A stretch of DNA of 64,000 bases from the NCBI RefSeq assembly GCF_036321535.1, contig NC_087436.1, positions 30,630,001-30,694,000 of the forward strand, written 5' to 3'. This stretch comes from Camelus dromedarius (Eukaryota). Below the pieces are notes generated by a model. It saw only the letters and a program-made list of their open reading frames with translations. It had not been told where the DNA came from and searched no databases. Shown here in pieces: positions 49,101 through 63,291 of the stretch; positions within the stretch are counted from its first letter, which is position 1, and each line of letters starts with the position of its first letter. Made by a program: the position numbers and the translations under genes.

Positions 49101-52100
49101 TCCCAAGACAATTTAAAATAGTCCTCATCCCTTTACTCCCTAGTTATTTTTTTGACAGTATATTTGCCTCATTTGGATTGAGTTTGTTTCTCGATTGAAC
49201 CCTGCATCCTCTTTCTAGCCATAGATTTTCTGCTTGAAAAAATAAGTTGAGGGTATTAAATAGTAATCCTCAAATTTTTCTCCATTTTTATGTAAGATAT
49301 ATAAGTACATTTTTACTTGAATGGCAAGATTCCGCAGCTACTGATAAAACCTGTAAATATGAATTGGAGTGGGCAAGGAGTAGAAAAGTGTTCTAAATTT
49401 TTGCCTATCTTTGCTTATATAGAGAAGTATGAATAATCACTATAGGTGAGTTTATAATTTATTTATGGATGGAAAATGGTAATATTTCTTAGTCTTGATT
49501 CTTGTCAAATTTCTCAGTTTTCATCTGCCATATTCATTATGGGGCTTTGAGAACAGAAGCATTCCTCTCTTACTTAATATGTCACCACCAAATCTCACTT
49601 CATGATGTATGTTTCTGGGAAACATTTCACAGTAAAAAAAATCAACCTGAACATTACATTCCATTAAAGGTCTAGATTAAAAGAGATTTTTCAGACAGTT
49701 TCAGGTTCACATTCAAAGGAATGGCAGAATATGATAATGATATATGAAAATGATATTTTTCTGGATTCTAGATCATCAGAAAACATTCACTGACACTATC
49801 TTTCTTGATTATCTTCATTTAGATTATTTACATCTCAATTGAGACTTTATTTCTCTTATCTTTCTTCTTATCCTTCTTGAAGGTCTAGTATATTAAAAAT
49901 CACTAATTTATTGGCAGTACTTTTACAAAGGAAAAAAGATAGCCTGAGGGGATGAAAACTCCTGGCAACAAAATATGGAGGTCTGTAGTTTTAATTTCTA
50001 AGCCTATGACTAATTGTTTATAATTTATACTCACAGGGTACAGATCTGGTGTTTATTTCTCTAAATAAGTTCCCATGAAGTGTCATGTCATAGCAGAACA
50101 GAGTGACATAAAACTTCAAACTATTTTGAAGAAAGTTAAAGCAAAAATGCAAACAAGACAAAACAAAGAGCACATGTCTTCATTCCTGATTTAGCCCAGC
50201 ATTGCAAATAGTAGAGCAGTTCTTGTCTTTTTTGTTTCTAAATGATTTTTTTAGTGGTCACAAATAGCCTAGAATAAAAAGTTAGGTGGGTTACAATCCA
50301 ATAAACTGGGAAACAGAACTGATGTAGCTTTAACTATCAACTTCCATCAATCAGTGACTTAAACCTCCTCATAAGGAAAAGAGTGCTTTCAGTTTCAACA
50401 GTATTATGGACCTGGGACTCTCAAGCTTTATGTAATACATGCTAAACTTACAACTAGGTAGTCTTTGTTCCAAGTTGGTTGCAATATAGAAAACTAATTT
50501 TTTTTTTTTAAATCAAGGAGATTTAAAAAATAGTCAAAGGCTACCGTTAACAACCTAAGTCTGAACCAGTTTATAATTGAGAGGATTACCAGCAGCCATT
50601 CAAGAAATTTTAGAGAAAGCCAATGGATTGCTAATTCAGAGCACAGAAGTGATTTTTTGATAAAAAATATCACAAGGTCATACGGGGCTTTAAAGCTTCC
50701 AGTCACCCTGCAAGGAGCCACAGGCAATGAAACTGCAGCTGGAGTGTATCAAAGGGTAAAACAGCAGAACTCAGAGGTCTAGGAGGGAGATAAGTTAGTA
50801 GTTTCAGGTTACAAGAGAGATTAAGAACTACAAAAGTTCCATTTAATTTTAGTAATATATTAATATTTTATGAAGGATCTTTGGGACTTTTTTTCCCTTT
50901 TTTTAAAGAGCCCAACAAGTAATGGCCTTTCCCTACCTCTTTCATCTTGGAATTTCATGATCATTCGTGATCACCATGACACCAAGCACCTTTTTTTTCT
51001 TGGAATTATGCAGCAGGTCAGACAAATTTTCAGGCAGAAATCTGTCTCTTCTCAGCTCCCTTTCTGAGATAAGCCCAACAGTAAGATATGAACGTAGCCT
51101 TACACCCCATCCCCATCAGTCAACCTAAGGGAAGCATCACTAAGAGACATAACAAAGGCCATGGCACCAGGCTTTTTCAATGCCCTTCCACTGGTCCATT
51201 CCCAACGTACATTCAGGGCATCATTTATATTTAAACAAAACCATGTAAGGAATAATAAAAGAAGGATTCCAAAGCATACATTAAGTATTAAATCTTTTGA
51301 AACACATTCTTAATATAATTGGAGGTCTTTAGACATTATTTTTTTTAAATGATGGGATGTTTAAACTGGATGCTATACATACGAACATAATTTGTGGCTG
51401 GCTAATTGTTTCTGTATTTTAGTTAATTATTACTTATATAAACAGAGTGATTCAAAAGTATACCGAATTTCTCTGGATCCTTAGGTAAATGTCTTAATTC
51501 TTATAGATTTTTTTGAGAAGTTACTGTGTGCTCGGTGCATTTTTGTGAATATTGAAACACTACAGAGCTCATTCCTTGGCTCCTCTCTCTCTACAATTTC
51601 TTCCTGTCTTTTATTATATTTGGCTCTTATTTATCATGCCTTCTTCTATGTCCTTGACATTTGTGCATTTGGAACACGCTGTCACCAGATATTGGCTGAC
51701 TCCTTCTTGCCATTCAGCTCTTGATTCAACTGTGATCTAATGAATATGAGTCACAGTGATTGGAGCCGATAATAAAATGGTGGATGAAAGATAACCTCTG
51801 TTCTCAGGAAGCATATAATCTATATGGTTGACTTCTGAAATAGAGAAGTGTCCAGGCTACTAAATGTATTTCAAATTTTGAACAAAAGACTATTTAAACA
51901 ATTGAATAAATATTATATCTCACTAAGGAAAATTATTTTTAAGATGTTTTATTTCACAGCTCCATATCACTAGTGAATCAGAGAGAGAGAGAAAGAGAAT
52001 GGTTTGGTGTTTTTATTTCTACTAAAAATGACATGTAGCCATAAGCTGCACTTCTGTTGTCTCTCTGAAAATTTGAAGATGCTTTGGAACACATGCTGTT

Positions 52101-52799
52101 CCTGAAAACATACTCTGTTCCTGAAAACATACAAAGATAAGCAGGAGCTATTCAGAGTCAGGAAAAAAAAAAAAAATCCAAGAGGGATGGAGCTGACAGT
52201 TAATTAGCTCTTAAATCATCAGTGAAAATTGTCATTCTAATTTAAACACTTTCCAGCTTTAGCAAATAAGAAACTACTACTAGAACACTCATTTCTATCT
52301 GGATTGTGTTATTATGTGTATTGTGTGTATGTACTTATAGAGAAAAGTGTTGGTGGGTAGGTGGGTAAGGTAAAGGATATGAACTATACATGTACATATA
52401 ACATGTATATCTCAAGGCAGTAAGACCACATTTATCTTATATACTACTGATATCCAATTAATTACAAAGCTTCTTGTCCAAATGGATGTTAATAAATAGT
52501 TGTTAAATATGTAAATAATAACTGAGAAATTCAAATTTATATATAGCATTTGGTTTACACATATTCCAAAATGAACTGGTTTTACATTAGCTTCATATAC
52601 AAAGCAAAGGTTTATTAAAGAAGTCACATATAAAATAAATTAGAGTTAGAGGTCTCATTTGTCCTATATAGGTCAGGGGGAAGATATTCAGTACAAATAC
52701 TAGTGATAAGGTATTGATATGAGCTTAATATAGACATAAGAATGAATAAGTATGGCAGTTTAGAAATAAAAATAGAAAGAAAACTTTGTTTAAAAAAAA

Positions 52800-53372
52800 C
52801 ACTGCATACAGCATTTATATCAACTTTACTTGCAATAGACAAAACTTGAAATAATCCATGTCTTTCAGTGGATGAATAACTGTCGTAGATCCATACCAAG
52901 GAGTAATAGTAATACTAGGAGGAGGAGGAGAAGAAGAAGAAGAAGAAACAACTACTGATACAGTCAGCAACCTGGTTGAATTTCCAGAGAATTATGCCAA
53001 GTGAAAAAGTTAAAGCTAACCGTTACATACTATGTGATTAAATTTATACAACATTCTTAAAATGACAAAATTTTAAAAACAGGAATCAGGTTAGTCACTG
53101 CCAGAAGTTTTAGGAGGTATGGTGGAGAGAAGGAAGTAGATGTGGTTTAAAATTACAACATGAGGGATCCCTGTTCCAACAGAAATAGTATTTACCTTCA
53201 GTGTCAATATAATGGCTGTGATATTACACTGTAGCTTTGCAATATGTAACCACTGGGGGAAACTGGGTAAAGACCAGTTTCTTTGCATAAAATCTCTGGG
53301 ATTTTTCTGTATTACTTCTTTACTGCAAGTGAATTTACAGTCATCTCAAAATAGAAAGCTTAATCAAAAACA
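52800..53372 (+). mobile_element. L1MD-like 3' UTR with internal (GAG/AAG)n
   Basis: tccagagaattatgccaagtgaaaaag...caacatgagggatcc...gtaaccactgggggaaactgggtaaag...atctcaaaat. Confidence 0.85.
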
Positions 53373-53383
53373 ATTTTTTAAAT

Positions 53384-53839
53384 TGTGATAGTTAATTTTA
53401 TGTGTCAACTTGACTGGGCCTCAGAGTGTTCAGACATTTAACCAAACATTATTCTGGGTGTGTCTTTGAGGCTGTTGCTGGATAAGATTAGTATCTGAAT
53501 TCATAGGCTGAATAAAGCAGATTTCACAACCTAAATAGATGAGCCTCATCCAAACAACTGAACACCTGAATAGAACAAAAAGACTGAGCAGGAGGAAATT
53601 CCTCCTGCTTGAGGGTTGAGCTGGACACTGGTCTTTTCTGGCTTGGACTAGAACTATGTCGCTGGCACTCCTGGTTCTCAGGCCTTTGGATAGACTGGAA
53701 ATACACATTGACTCTTAGGTCTCCAGTTCACTGACTGCAGGCCTTGGGACTTCTCAGCCCCCATAATTGTGTGAGCTAATCTCTTATTATATATAATAGT
53801 GGTTCCATTTCTCTGGATAACCCTGACTAGACTAATATA
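53384..53839 (+). mobile_element. ERVL solo LTR (MLT2D-like)
   Basis: TGTGATAGTTAATTTTATGTGTCAACTTGACTGGGCC start and tttctctggataaccctgacta end. Confidence 0.9.
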
Positions 53840-53971
53840 AAAAATATTAGGGGATTATTTCAAATAATAATTCAGATGTGGAAAGGAATTTTGCATATCA
53901 CTTTTTTTTTTAACATTGACGTAGAAGAAAGAGAAATTAAAACATTCTCTTCAGTTTATCATCACTGTGCA

Positions 53972-53975
<4 letters not shown>

Positions 53976-54013
<38 letters not shown>

Positions 54014-54016
54014 TGT
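53976..54016. repeat. (TG)n microsatellite
   Basis: Direct inspection. Confidence 0.95.
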
Positions 54017-54679
54017 AAAGCCCAGTAACAGATGCTGGTGTGTGGAAGAAGAGGCAGATAACAAGAAGTGGATTTCAATTAATAAAACACATACCCAAAG
54101 AAACTTAAAATACAAAGAGGACAGTTGATCCTTCTTAAGTGAATGCCTGTGTTAATTACCTATTCGAATCAGCATGTGGTAATTTTTATTTGTCAGTGGA
54201 AATCAATCAACTTCCTCCACTTAAAAAAGGTAGATTATTTTGGGTCATCAGTATAATTCAAGTGGTATTCTATTTTAGAAAAGTCATTTCTTTTTAAAGA
54301 TGTTTTTAATATTCATGATTTGAACATTTTAATTATGGTTGATATTAAATAAAAAGAATGAGAGCACATTTTGACTTGCAAAGTTTGTAGTTCACTAAGA
54401 ATTCATTAGGTCATACTAAATATTTTGGAAGTCAATCTTCAGTTCCCTTAAATTTAAGAAAAGCCTATTTAACTATACATAAACTTAATTATAGAACTTT
54501 TTGAAATTTTTTTAATAAGTCAAAACTGTAGACTACAGCTCTATCAAATCATAAGTTACCAAACTCAGGTTTTCTTGAAATACACTACTTGAAGGTAAAA
54601 GGAGTTTCAATGCCAGGGAGATTCTGATTCAAATCATGTACTCCTATCTACTATGGTCACTATAATGACAGCAACATAA

Positions 54680-54812
54680 AATAACTAGTATTCACTTTGA
54701 ATGTCTATTGGATGCCAGATAATTGATATATAGTATCTTATTTTATCCTTGTAACAGTTAAGAGATAAAGATATAGCTGGTTGCATTTTATAGATATTGG
54801 ATCAGGCTCAAA
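54680..54812 (-). mobile_element. MIR fragment
   Basis: tatcttattttatccttgtaac...cattttatagat....atcaggctca. Confidence 0.55.
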
Positions 54813-54819
54813 CTTGTTG

Positions 54820-54985
54820 TAAGGCCTTGGACAATTACCTAAATCTTCTTAGTTTTAGTCTTCTCATTAATGAAACCAGGAAAATTATATCTATGTCACT
54901 GTGTTATGAATTTTAAGCAAGGTAATACATGTAATACATCAAACTCAAAGCTGTGAATCTAAGAGTCACTAAATAATGTGGTTGC
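54820..54985 (+). mobile_element. MIR fragment, opposite orientation to the preceding one
   Basis: ccttggacaattacctaaatcttcttagttttagtcttctcatt...gtaatacatgtaa. Confidence 0.6.
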
Positions 54986-57900
54986 CCTTCAGTTTTAATT
55001 AAAATAATGTTCAGGTTCACTTCATATATAGAAATGTCAGGATCACCAGGATAAAAGTCAGAGTATCCAAGATGTGGCTAATCAGGGTAGAGTGTTAGAT
55101 ACAGATTATAGGCTGAGTGTCAGATTACTTAAGTCAGTCAACTTCAGATGCACCAATATGTCCTCTTTAAAGAAAAGAAAAGATGTATGAAGAAATAAGC
55201 TGTCCATTCAGGACTTTGTTTTTCAAGCACAGAAAGTTTGTTTCTTATGTTACACCATCTGTAAGAAGTGGTTGACAAGAAATGGCATGATGCCTTGCAC
55301 ATTTATCATATTAAAAACAAAGTTAAAGTCTTGGATTCTTATTAAGATAAAACAAAAATGGTAAGCCTCCCAAGATTCAAATCAAAAGACTTTTCATGCT
55401 TTAACATTCAGAGCAGCACTAAATGACTCCCCCGGGCTCACTGCTAATTTTAAAGCTATTAGACAAAAGGGCTGGATTTCAAGGGAGGTATAGTACTGAA
55501 TTCATTCTTTTTCCTTTCCAGAGGGAAACCCATGAGGCTTCAAGATTTGAAGTCAGTCAGCTCCACAGACCATGACAAGACTTGAATCTTCCTGATAAAT
55601 ACAAAAAACACATTAAGAAGCTGTCTGATGGGGCTACGTAGGGAATGGCTTTGAGTGAATCTTTGATCATCTAAGACATCTAATTCCTAAACAAACAAAC
55701 AAAATCTCTTATTTATCTCAATGTTTTGAAATATTTTAATTTAAAAAGATAGCTTAGGAACATTGTGAAAGATATTTTCAAATTCATTAGCTGGATCGCT
55801 AATCACGGATATTCTACATGGCACTATACATTATTGTCTAGTGATAATATGCAATTTTTATACCATTATTTTTCAATAGATTGGACAGTGTGTAACTTTT
55901 TTATCTTAACACACAACTTAAAGGACTCTTCTATCTGTAATCTTATATATTATCGCTTACATAATCACACATGATGCATTATAGGTGAAGTGACACTCAT
56001 TCCACACTTGGCTTTAAATTATTGATACTATAGAAGTCACTGTAATTTGAAATGTAAATTAGTATCAGGGGGATTTTCTATCTGAAAATAATCAATGAGG
56101 GTTTTTATTACTTATAATAATTAATTTTGTATGTTTTTCGAAGTACAATTATTTCAACTAAAATAAAATGGCAAAAAAAAGTGGTTTTAATCATATAATG
56201 AAATAAAGAACTGAGTCTGTGATTTTAGTAATGTACGCTAATAAAAATCAAAATTATTTTGTGATACCCACTGTGGCTTGCCTCCCTAGAGATTTCAGGT
56301 AATAGTGTTTTTCCATTAAATTTGTATTGGAGATTTTCACAGTGGCAAGATATAAGTTAATGTGAATTACTGTCTTTGTCACTGAAGATTCTATTTGCTT
56401 CTAAAATATGTAGGCATACCGAATAGATTGATCATGACAAATGTGGCTGAGCAATGGCCAAAAAACAGTAGTAAAAAAACACCCTTGCACACAGAAACAA
56501 AACCAAAATAGAACCGAAGCAAAACTAAAAAAGAAAGAAACATTAGCTTTAGGATAATTACTGGGCACTTCCTCCTGGGTAGCCATTGCCTTTATAAGGC
56601 CATCACCGTGTTACTGGCTCCATTATCTTTAACTTCCCATAGCAGTGATTCATTCATACTCCCTGTTTCATTCTGAGATGGGTGGCATGCATCAGAGAGA
56701 TGCCTTGAAGTGTGATTAGAAAGCCTATGCCCATGAACATAATTACAAGTTCCTTGAGGGACTGAACTCATGTCCTTAGTCTCCCTAATATTAGGCTCCA
56801 AAGAACCTTGATAACTGGCCAAATATTACCATCCTACAGAGTTAATTAAGCTATTATTTCCTATAAGATCCTACAAAGACTCTGCAGCTTCATATGCCCT
56901 CAAAGCCCTCCGAATTTAACAAATTTTAAGAATATTACATGCACTAAAATTCTCCTTTAATTCTGACAAGTGATAAACTTTATTCTAGACTTTGGCCAGG
57001 TAAAAGGCAGTCAGATCACCATCAGAATTTTTTTTAAGACAAAAATACTTCTTATGCTAGGCAAACTTTCCTTAGTGCACTTTATTTACTTTACTTCAAA
57101 ATAAGAAATTTAGAAGTTATTATTTCCTAATAACTTTGGTAATATTCTCTTTCATTTTCTTTTCTTCTTTGTCCTTCAGCAGATACTTCTGGACCACCCT
57201 AACTACTGTAAATGCTAAAAGCTATAAATGTGTTTGTGATCTCCAAGTACTATTTCTTTATTTTATTATTTTTTTATCCTATTTTTTTCCTATTTGTTTC
57301 CCTCTTCCTCCTCCTTCTTCCACTTCTTTTAAGGAACAACATGATTTTACCATGGAAAGTAACCTCATGCTTTTTTTCTTATAAAATTTCTACATGTTTA
57401 TTTCATTACTGCATTTATACCTGTAGTCCAAGCAAGAAATTCAGACTAAGGTTTTATTTTCAACTGTCCTTTTGCTAGACAAGATTTGTCTTTATCATCT
57501 CAAAAGATTTTAAATCTTTACTCATCCTCTAACTCTTTCCTTTTATAGCAGAGGTAACATTCATATCTTATATTTATATGGTAGATCTTAACCCTTTAAC
57601 TGAATTAATTATTGTCTCAGCTTCTTTTAAATCTCAGTCAAATATTTTTATCTCTACTGCTGACATTTTTTTCCACCTGTATTTTTAAGCTACATTAACA
57701 TCAGGGTCTTGGTCCAACTCTGATTTTCTCAAAGGTAGTTTCTTCTGTCTCAAATGGAAAGTTTCTAACTGCCTTACCTAGTCCCTATATAGTTCTATTG
57801 TAGGATTCTAGTTGTAGGCAGGAAGTCTTCAACAAATCCCCCATAAAATATCAAAGTACAAGATTATTTTGGATTAACATGCCCAGCTCATCCATGTGGA

Positions 57901-58306
57901 AAATCTTAGGTCTTCTCTATACTTTGATCAAGACCCCTGTCATTAGCCAAAATGGGAGGTACTAATAATTTCTGACCTTACCTTGTATTTTAATGGATAG
58001 GTGCTTTATCTCTCTGGGGTGGTTGATGGCGACTAAAATTAAAGAAAGATCTTAGGGTATTTTCTACTAATCTATTCTCCTAAATAAAATAAAAATCTTG
58101 GTATTACTATAAGAGGATTTTATATTTACATTTGTTCACATTTTTTTCTGATGCATGGACATTTCAAAACAATATCATCATCATCAACATCTATAAATTT
58201 TAAATTGCCTCGAGATAAAAAGCTGAATAAACAAGGATGCTGACACTTTTCAAGAAACTATCTGATTAAATTAAGACACAATCAAAACTAGTTTTCAGGT
58301 TCATTT

Positions 58307-58729
58307 TGTCAAACAATAATCAGTATCAAGGCTGCAAAAAACTGGGGGTCTTAGGAACTGCCATTTGGGAGATACAAATTCATGTAAAACTGACGAAGTG
58401 TTTTGGGGAAAAGATCAGGGGGTTATAAAAGCAAATTCACAAGGTTCTTAAAGTTGTCTGGCAAGAATTATGATTGCAAGAAAGGAAATATTTGTCCTTA
58501 AGGGACTGGCGGTCACAAATTATTTTAGAGTAAGGATATAATAAGTAATTTGAGTTTCTAGAACACTGGGCACGTGTTCTGGGTGCCTGAGGTTAGACAA
58601 TAAGTGGTCAAAGGGTCAAATTCCATCTAGGCTGATAAATGTTTAAATCCCACTTTCTCCGTGGCCTCTCAGCTCCGTTTCAGAGAGCTCTCTTAGCAAT
58701 ATCAACTTCATTTTTATTTTTCTTCCATA
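58307..58729 (-). mobile_element. ERV1-type solo LTR (MER89/MER90-like)
   Basis: Bounded by tgtc...ccata with a 4-bp TSD attt (58303-58306, 58730-58733); ctgccatttgggagatacaaattc and gcctctcagctccgtttcag motifs. Confidence 0.65.
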
Positions 58730-60309
58730 ATTTTTAATAAATTGTTTCAGCCTCTGAACTAATGAGAATATCTGTCTTGGGTGACAGATATTCCTAGTCT
58801 AAACCATTATGATGAAGCAGCCATAGCAAGGACTGATGAAACAGAGGCTATTAGTCTTTAAGTCTTCCTAAGGAAAAAGTATTTCTTCTTTATTTTTGGA
58901 TCCTCAACACTTAACACAATCTGTAAGTATATTTAAAGGCAAAACTCAAAGTTTTCCCATTCCTCATGCCTACTTCACAAGTCTTTCTATATTCTGCTTT
59001 GTCCCAGATAGAATGTTAAATTGAGAAATTAATCAAAGACCCAATCTAAAATCAACTCAAAACCTTTAATACATTTGCTAATCACACTTTCTTTGGACTA
59101 TCAAAGATAATGAGGTAATTGAGCTTGTAATAGAACTTACTTATTTCTAAGAGAATGGAAAGTTTCAGAATCACTAGACCAAATCCTTCATTTTCCAAAC
59201 AATGAAATTGAGACACAGAAAGCTCAGGTTATACTTTTAAATTTGGCGAAGTCAATATTATAGACCATTTTCTTTTACTTCTAGGTTTTTATACTTTTAC
59301 CTAAATTACAACCCTTCTACAACACAATATATTTTATTGGGAAAACTAAAGACTTTGTAACTTACTTTTTATTCAACTAGGAGCCTGATTATTTCCTGAA
59401 ATAGAATACTAGTCCACAGTTTTATAACTCTGTTAAAGTTAATAATTAAAATTTCTTAAAAGCAAAATTAAATATTTGCCAAATCAAGTTCTGATTATGT
59501 TAATTTAAATTATGAATGCATCTTTTAGTGTGATGATGTATTTTGAAGACATTTGGATAGTTATAGTATAAGGATTTGGAGAAAAGATAAGCACACTTCA
59601 AATGGTAATGCATTTTACATTTTATTGCAATCCTTTAACCCAATACATTAATCTTTATAATCATTATCTTTTAAAAAAATAAGCCTGATGTGTTAATAAT
59701 AAGGTATTTTAACTGTTTATAAAATTGTATGTTTTAAAATTGGACTTTCCCATATTTCAAAAGCATTTCTTTCATGTCTCCTATTATTAAGAAAATGGAA
59801 AGCACCTAAATTAATCTACATTCTAAGAACATTAAATTGAATGAATTGTACATCTAGATTATATGTGACCTTTGAAAAAATTCACAGTGAAGCAAAGTGA
59901 TTAAGAAGAAGGGCTGTCCTTCGGCCTGATGCAATTCTCAAGGTTGTGGAATACTTTTAACATATGAATAATTTACTAAAATGAAAATTGGAGTTCTTTT
60001 TTCTATAATTTTGAGTCCTTTAGTTACAATTATACATAGCCTTGGCCTCTCAATCTGCCAGTTAAGAAAAATTCAGTCCTTGCCTGATAGTTCCTGACAC
60101 TTTATGTGGCAGAATCTAAGTTGGAGAGTTGGGAAGTTACCTGGCAAGCTCAATGAGAGACAAAGAACGAAAGAGAGAGAGGTTGGATAGAGGTGAGGAC
60201 AAGGATTTACAGAAAAGGAAAAAATATAGTTTCAAAAATGGAAAAATAGGAATAAGGAAAGAGAGAAAAGACTGAGTTCATATTGGACTGACAGCAGCAT
60301 GTGAAACAG

Positions 60310-60675
60310 TATTAGTGAAAAATATTTATAGAGTTTATTAGCCTTGGTTCTAAGTACTTTCAATGCTGGAAGTCATTTAATTTTTAGAATAATCCTAAAA
60401 TACAGGTACATTTATTCCTATTTTTTACATAACAAATTGGATGCATAGAGAAGTTACATAAAGTGCCCAAGTTCACAACTACTTACCTTGGTGGAATACA
60501 GAATTCTTGGTGGAGAAATTAGGACTCAAATTTAGAATTCTTTAGATGTAACTGACATATAGCACTATATTAGCTTCAGGTATACAACATAATGATTTGA
60601 TATTAATATATACTGCAAAATATCACCACAATAAGCAAATCTAGCCATATGACTCCAGAATTCACACTTTTAACC
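60310..60675 (-). mobile_element. MIR interrupted by a short L1 3' end
   Basis: tcatttaatttttagaataatcct...cctattttttacat...agagaagttacataaagtgcccaagttcaca...ggactcaaa...tgactccaga. Confidence 0.75.
60536..60635 (-). mobile_element. About 100-bp truncated L1 3' end
   Basis: taactgacatatagcactatattagcttcaggtatacaacataatgatttgata...tcaccacaataag; TSD caaat(t/c)tag at 60527-60535 and 60636-60644. Confidence 0.8.
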
Positions 60676-61460
60676 AAGAAACCAAGAAAGAGAAGATTTT
60701 AGGAAAAAAAATTGTGTGGTATTAGAAGAATAATTTCTCTTTGCCACTTTGAGAAATTAGAAAAACATTAAAGTTAATTTTAAAAGACTTTTTGATAGGG
60801 TGGGGTTTAACACGACAGCATGCCAATACTGTGTTGCATGGTAGTTCATCTTTGTAAGAACTACATATAAGCATACTAGTTCATGCAATTTATTTACTCA
60901 ATTGTAACAATACACACCTCCATCCATTAGTTGCGCTTGTTATTCTGGTAGGAAAATCTTTATAAGAAGAAATTAGACACTTAATATTAGAGTAGAAATT
61001 ATTAATTATATCAACCAATCTATCTCACACACACACAAATAATAAAGAGTGACCCAACTGGGACTGATTGTCTTAAAGGCTGCGTGAGAATGGTTTTAAC
61101 GTTTTCTTTGCTAATGCATAAATTTTATCTATTACATCTACTATATCTGTTTTGTTGTATCATTTCTTAGGGACTAATTTATTGTCTCTAGTCCTATAAT
61201 TACAAAAGCAACCGTTTATAAAAGAGCACAGTTAATGGGTCAATTGAACACATTAGAACACAATGCTTTTTATTTCTAATTGTGAAAGAAATAAGTTCTA
61301 CATTACTATTCATAGAAATAAATACAGTAAAAATTATAAAGCATTTTAGTAGGCTTAACTGTAATTGATTTGATTAATTTCACTGACATATAAAATACTC
61401 TGGATAAACTACAAACACATTGACTTGTTAAAATAAGAAAAGACACCTTTGTGCGCACCT

Positions 61461-61485
61461 ATATGTATGTGTGTCATATATGAGT

Positions 61486-61517
<32 letters not shown>

Positions 61518-61534
61518 AGATACACACACACACA
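61461..61534. repeat. Compound (TA)n(GATA)n(CA)n microsatellite
   Basis: Direct inspection. Confidence 0.9.
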
Positions 61535-63266
61535 AATGTATTTTATCAGCTTGTGTTATTAATTCAGACTGAATTTTAAAATATGTGAAGGGTGTTTTCA
61601 CAATGTCCAATATTCAGTTGAAGATCGATATTTGAAGAGTTTAGTTTTCCCATCACAGTATGTTTTGTAACAGGAAAACAAAACAAAATACAGTCCTTGG
61701 TGTTTCTTTTTCTGTTAAATTTTTCTATGCATATTTTGCTTTCAGTGTTTTTTCCTTTCATTTTATGTTAATCCCCTTTACTTGACGAAAATTTTATTTG
61801 TATCAGATAGTCATGTAAGTCTATGAAGGCTTGTTCTTGATTATCTCTTACAGAGATTATAGTGTTAATTTTAGCATTTGTTTTATTTTGTTTTGTTTTT
61901 CATCTTGAGATGGTATACAAGGAATCTTGTAGGGAACAAGGCCGTTACATGGGGCTCCCAGCATCCTGACCAATCTTTTCCTCTCTCTGCTTATTTAATT
62001 TTATAGCAAGGAAAGAAAGGGTTAGGCTGCCTTCCCAGGCTATGATGAAGTATAAGAAATGTAAACGTGGGTAGACTCAGAGCTTCCCAAAGAGTGAACT
62101 GAACTTCACTGTTATTTCAGTAAGTCTATTGACTAAGCATACAGTGGGAAAATGTTTTCTGAAAAGAAAGAAATGATCCTTATTTCCTGTTTTCACACCA
62201 ATTTCTCAACTATATAAAATCAAAGTGGATGAGTGGGCACATTCATCAAACAATTAGTTAATATCAATCAGAAATTTAAATATTAAGTACTTAAGTATTT
62301 CACATTTCTTGGATAAAGAAGTGAGAGAAGTTACTTCACTACTTAATTATTGGAGTTTCTTCCCCTAAATTAAAGAAATTCTCAACTCTCAAACTCAGCT
62401 CCTACACTTACACATATACATATATGCATGTACAAATCTTCACCCACATGCACAAATAAAACATATGTCATTAATAGTGAGTAATTTTATTCACTTATCC
62501 CATCGAACCCATGAGAATGCAAAAACACTTGCTCTGAAGATATCCCTGAAGCTTAGCAGAACAGGCTGCTAATTTATCAGTCTACATTTGAAGACATCCA
62601 ACCACCATCTAACTGCTTCATTTTACAACCACAGTTCAGGTTCATTTCTTAAAGATACTGACATTATAAGAATTTCAACAAGAAATAATGCCTTGTCATA
62701 ACTCCTGAGTTACCTCTATTTTGCTAGAATTGCTAAATTAATGCCTCAGCTATATTACACTATTATGAAAATGACCCCAAAATGTCCCAGTGCTCTTATT
62801 TCAATAGTTTCTCATTTATTCAATTTAGTTTTTTGATTCTATGGACATAATTTAAAAGTATTTTTATCCGTTTGTGTAGTACAGTCTATCATTACATAGA
62901 TACAGTATTTATGTAAATAAAATGCAGTCTATGAATAACAGGTCAATTCTCCTATTCTGCTTTGAAAAAAAAATCTTTAACCATGCTAATATGAAGAGAG
63001 CAATCCATTAGTAGGCCTGAGGTATCAATGGTTTCTGGAAAACTGAAAGTAAGTAGGATTATAATGACAGATAAAGGAAGCAGAAAAAAGGGACACAGGA
63101 GAAAACTGCCAAGAAGGTTGGTGCCAAATGTCCAGGAACACAATCAAAATATTGGAACATCAAGAAAACAGTTGGAGAGTTCAAAATGTGTAGCAATTGC
63201 CTAAAACATATTCCAGTAGGAACTGGGAGAAATATTGTAAACTGATTAGAGTTCAATTTAAAAAAT

Positions 63267-63291
63267 ATGTGTGTGTGTGTGTGTGTGTGTG
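63267..63291. repeat. (TG)n microsatellite
   Basis: Direct inspection. Confidence 0.95.
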
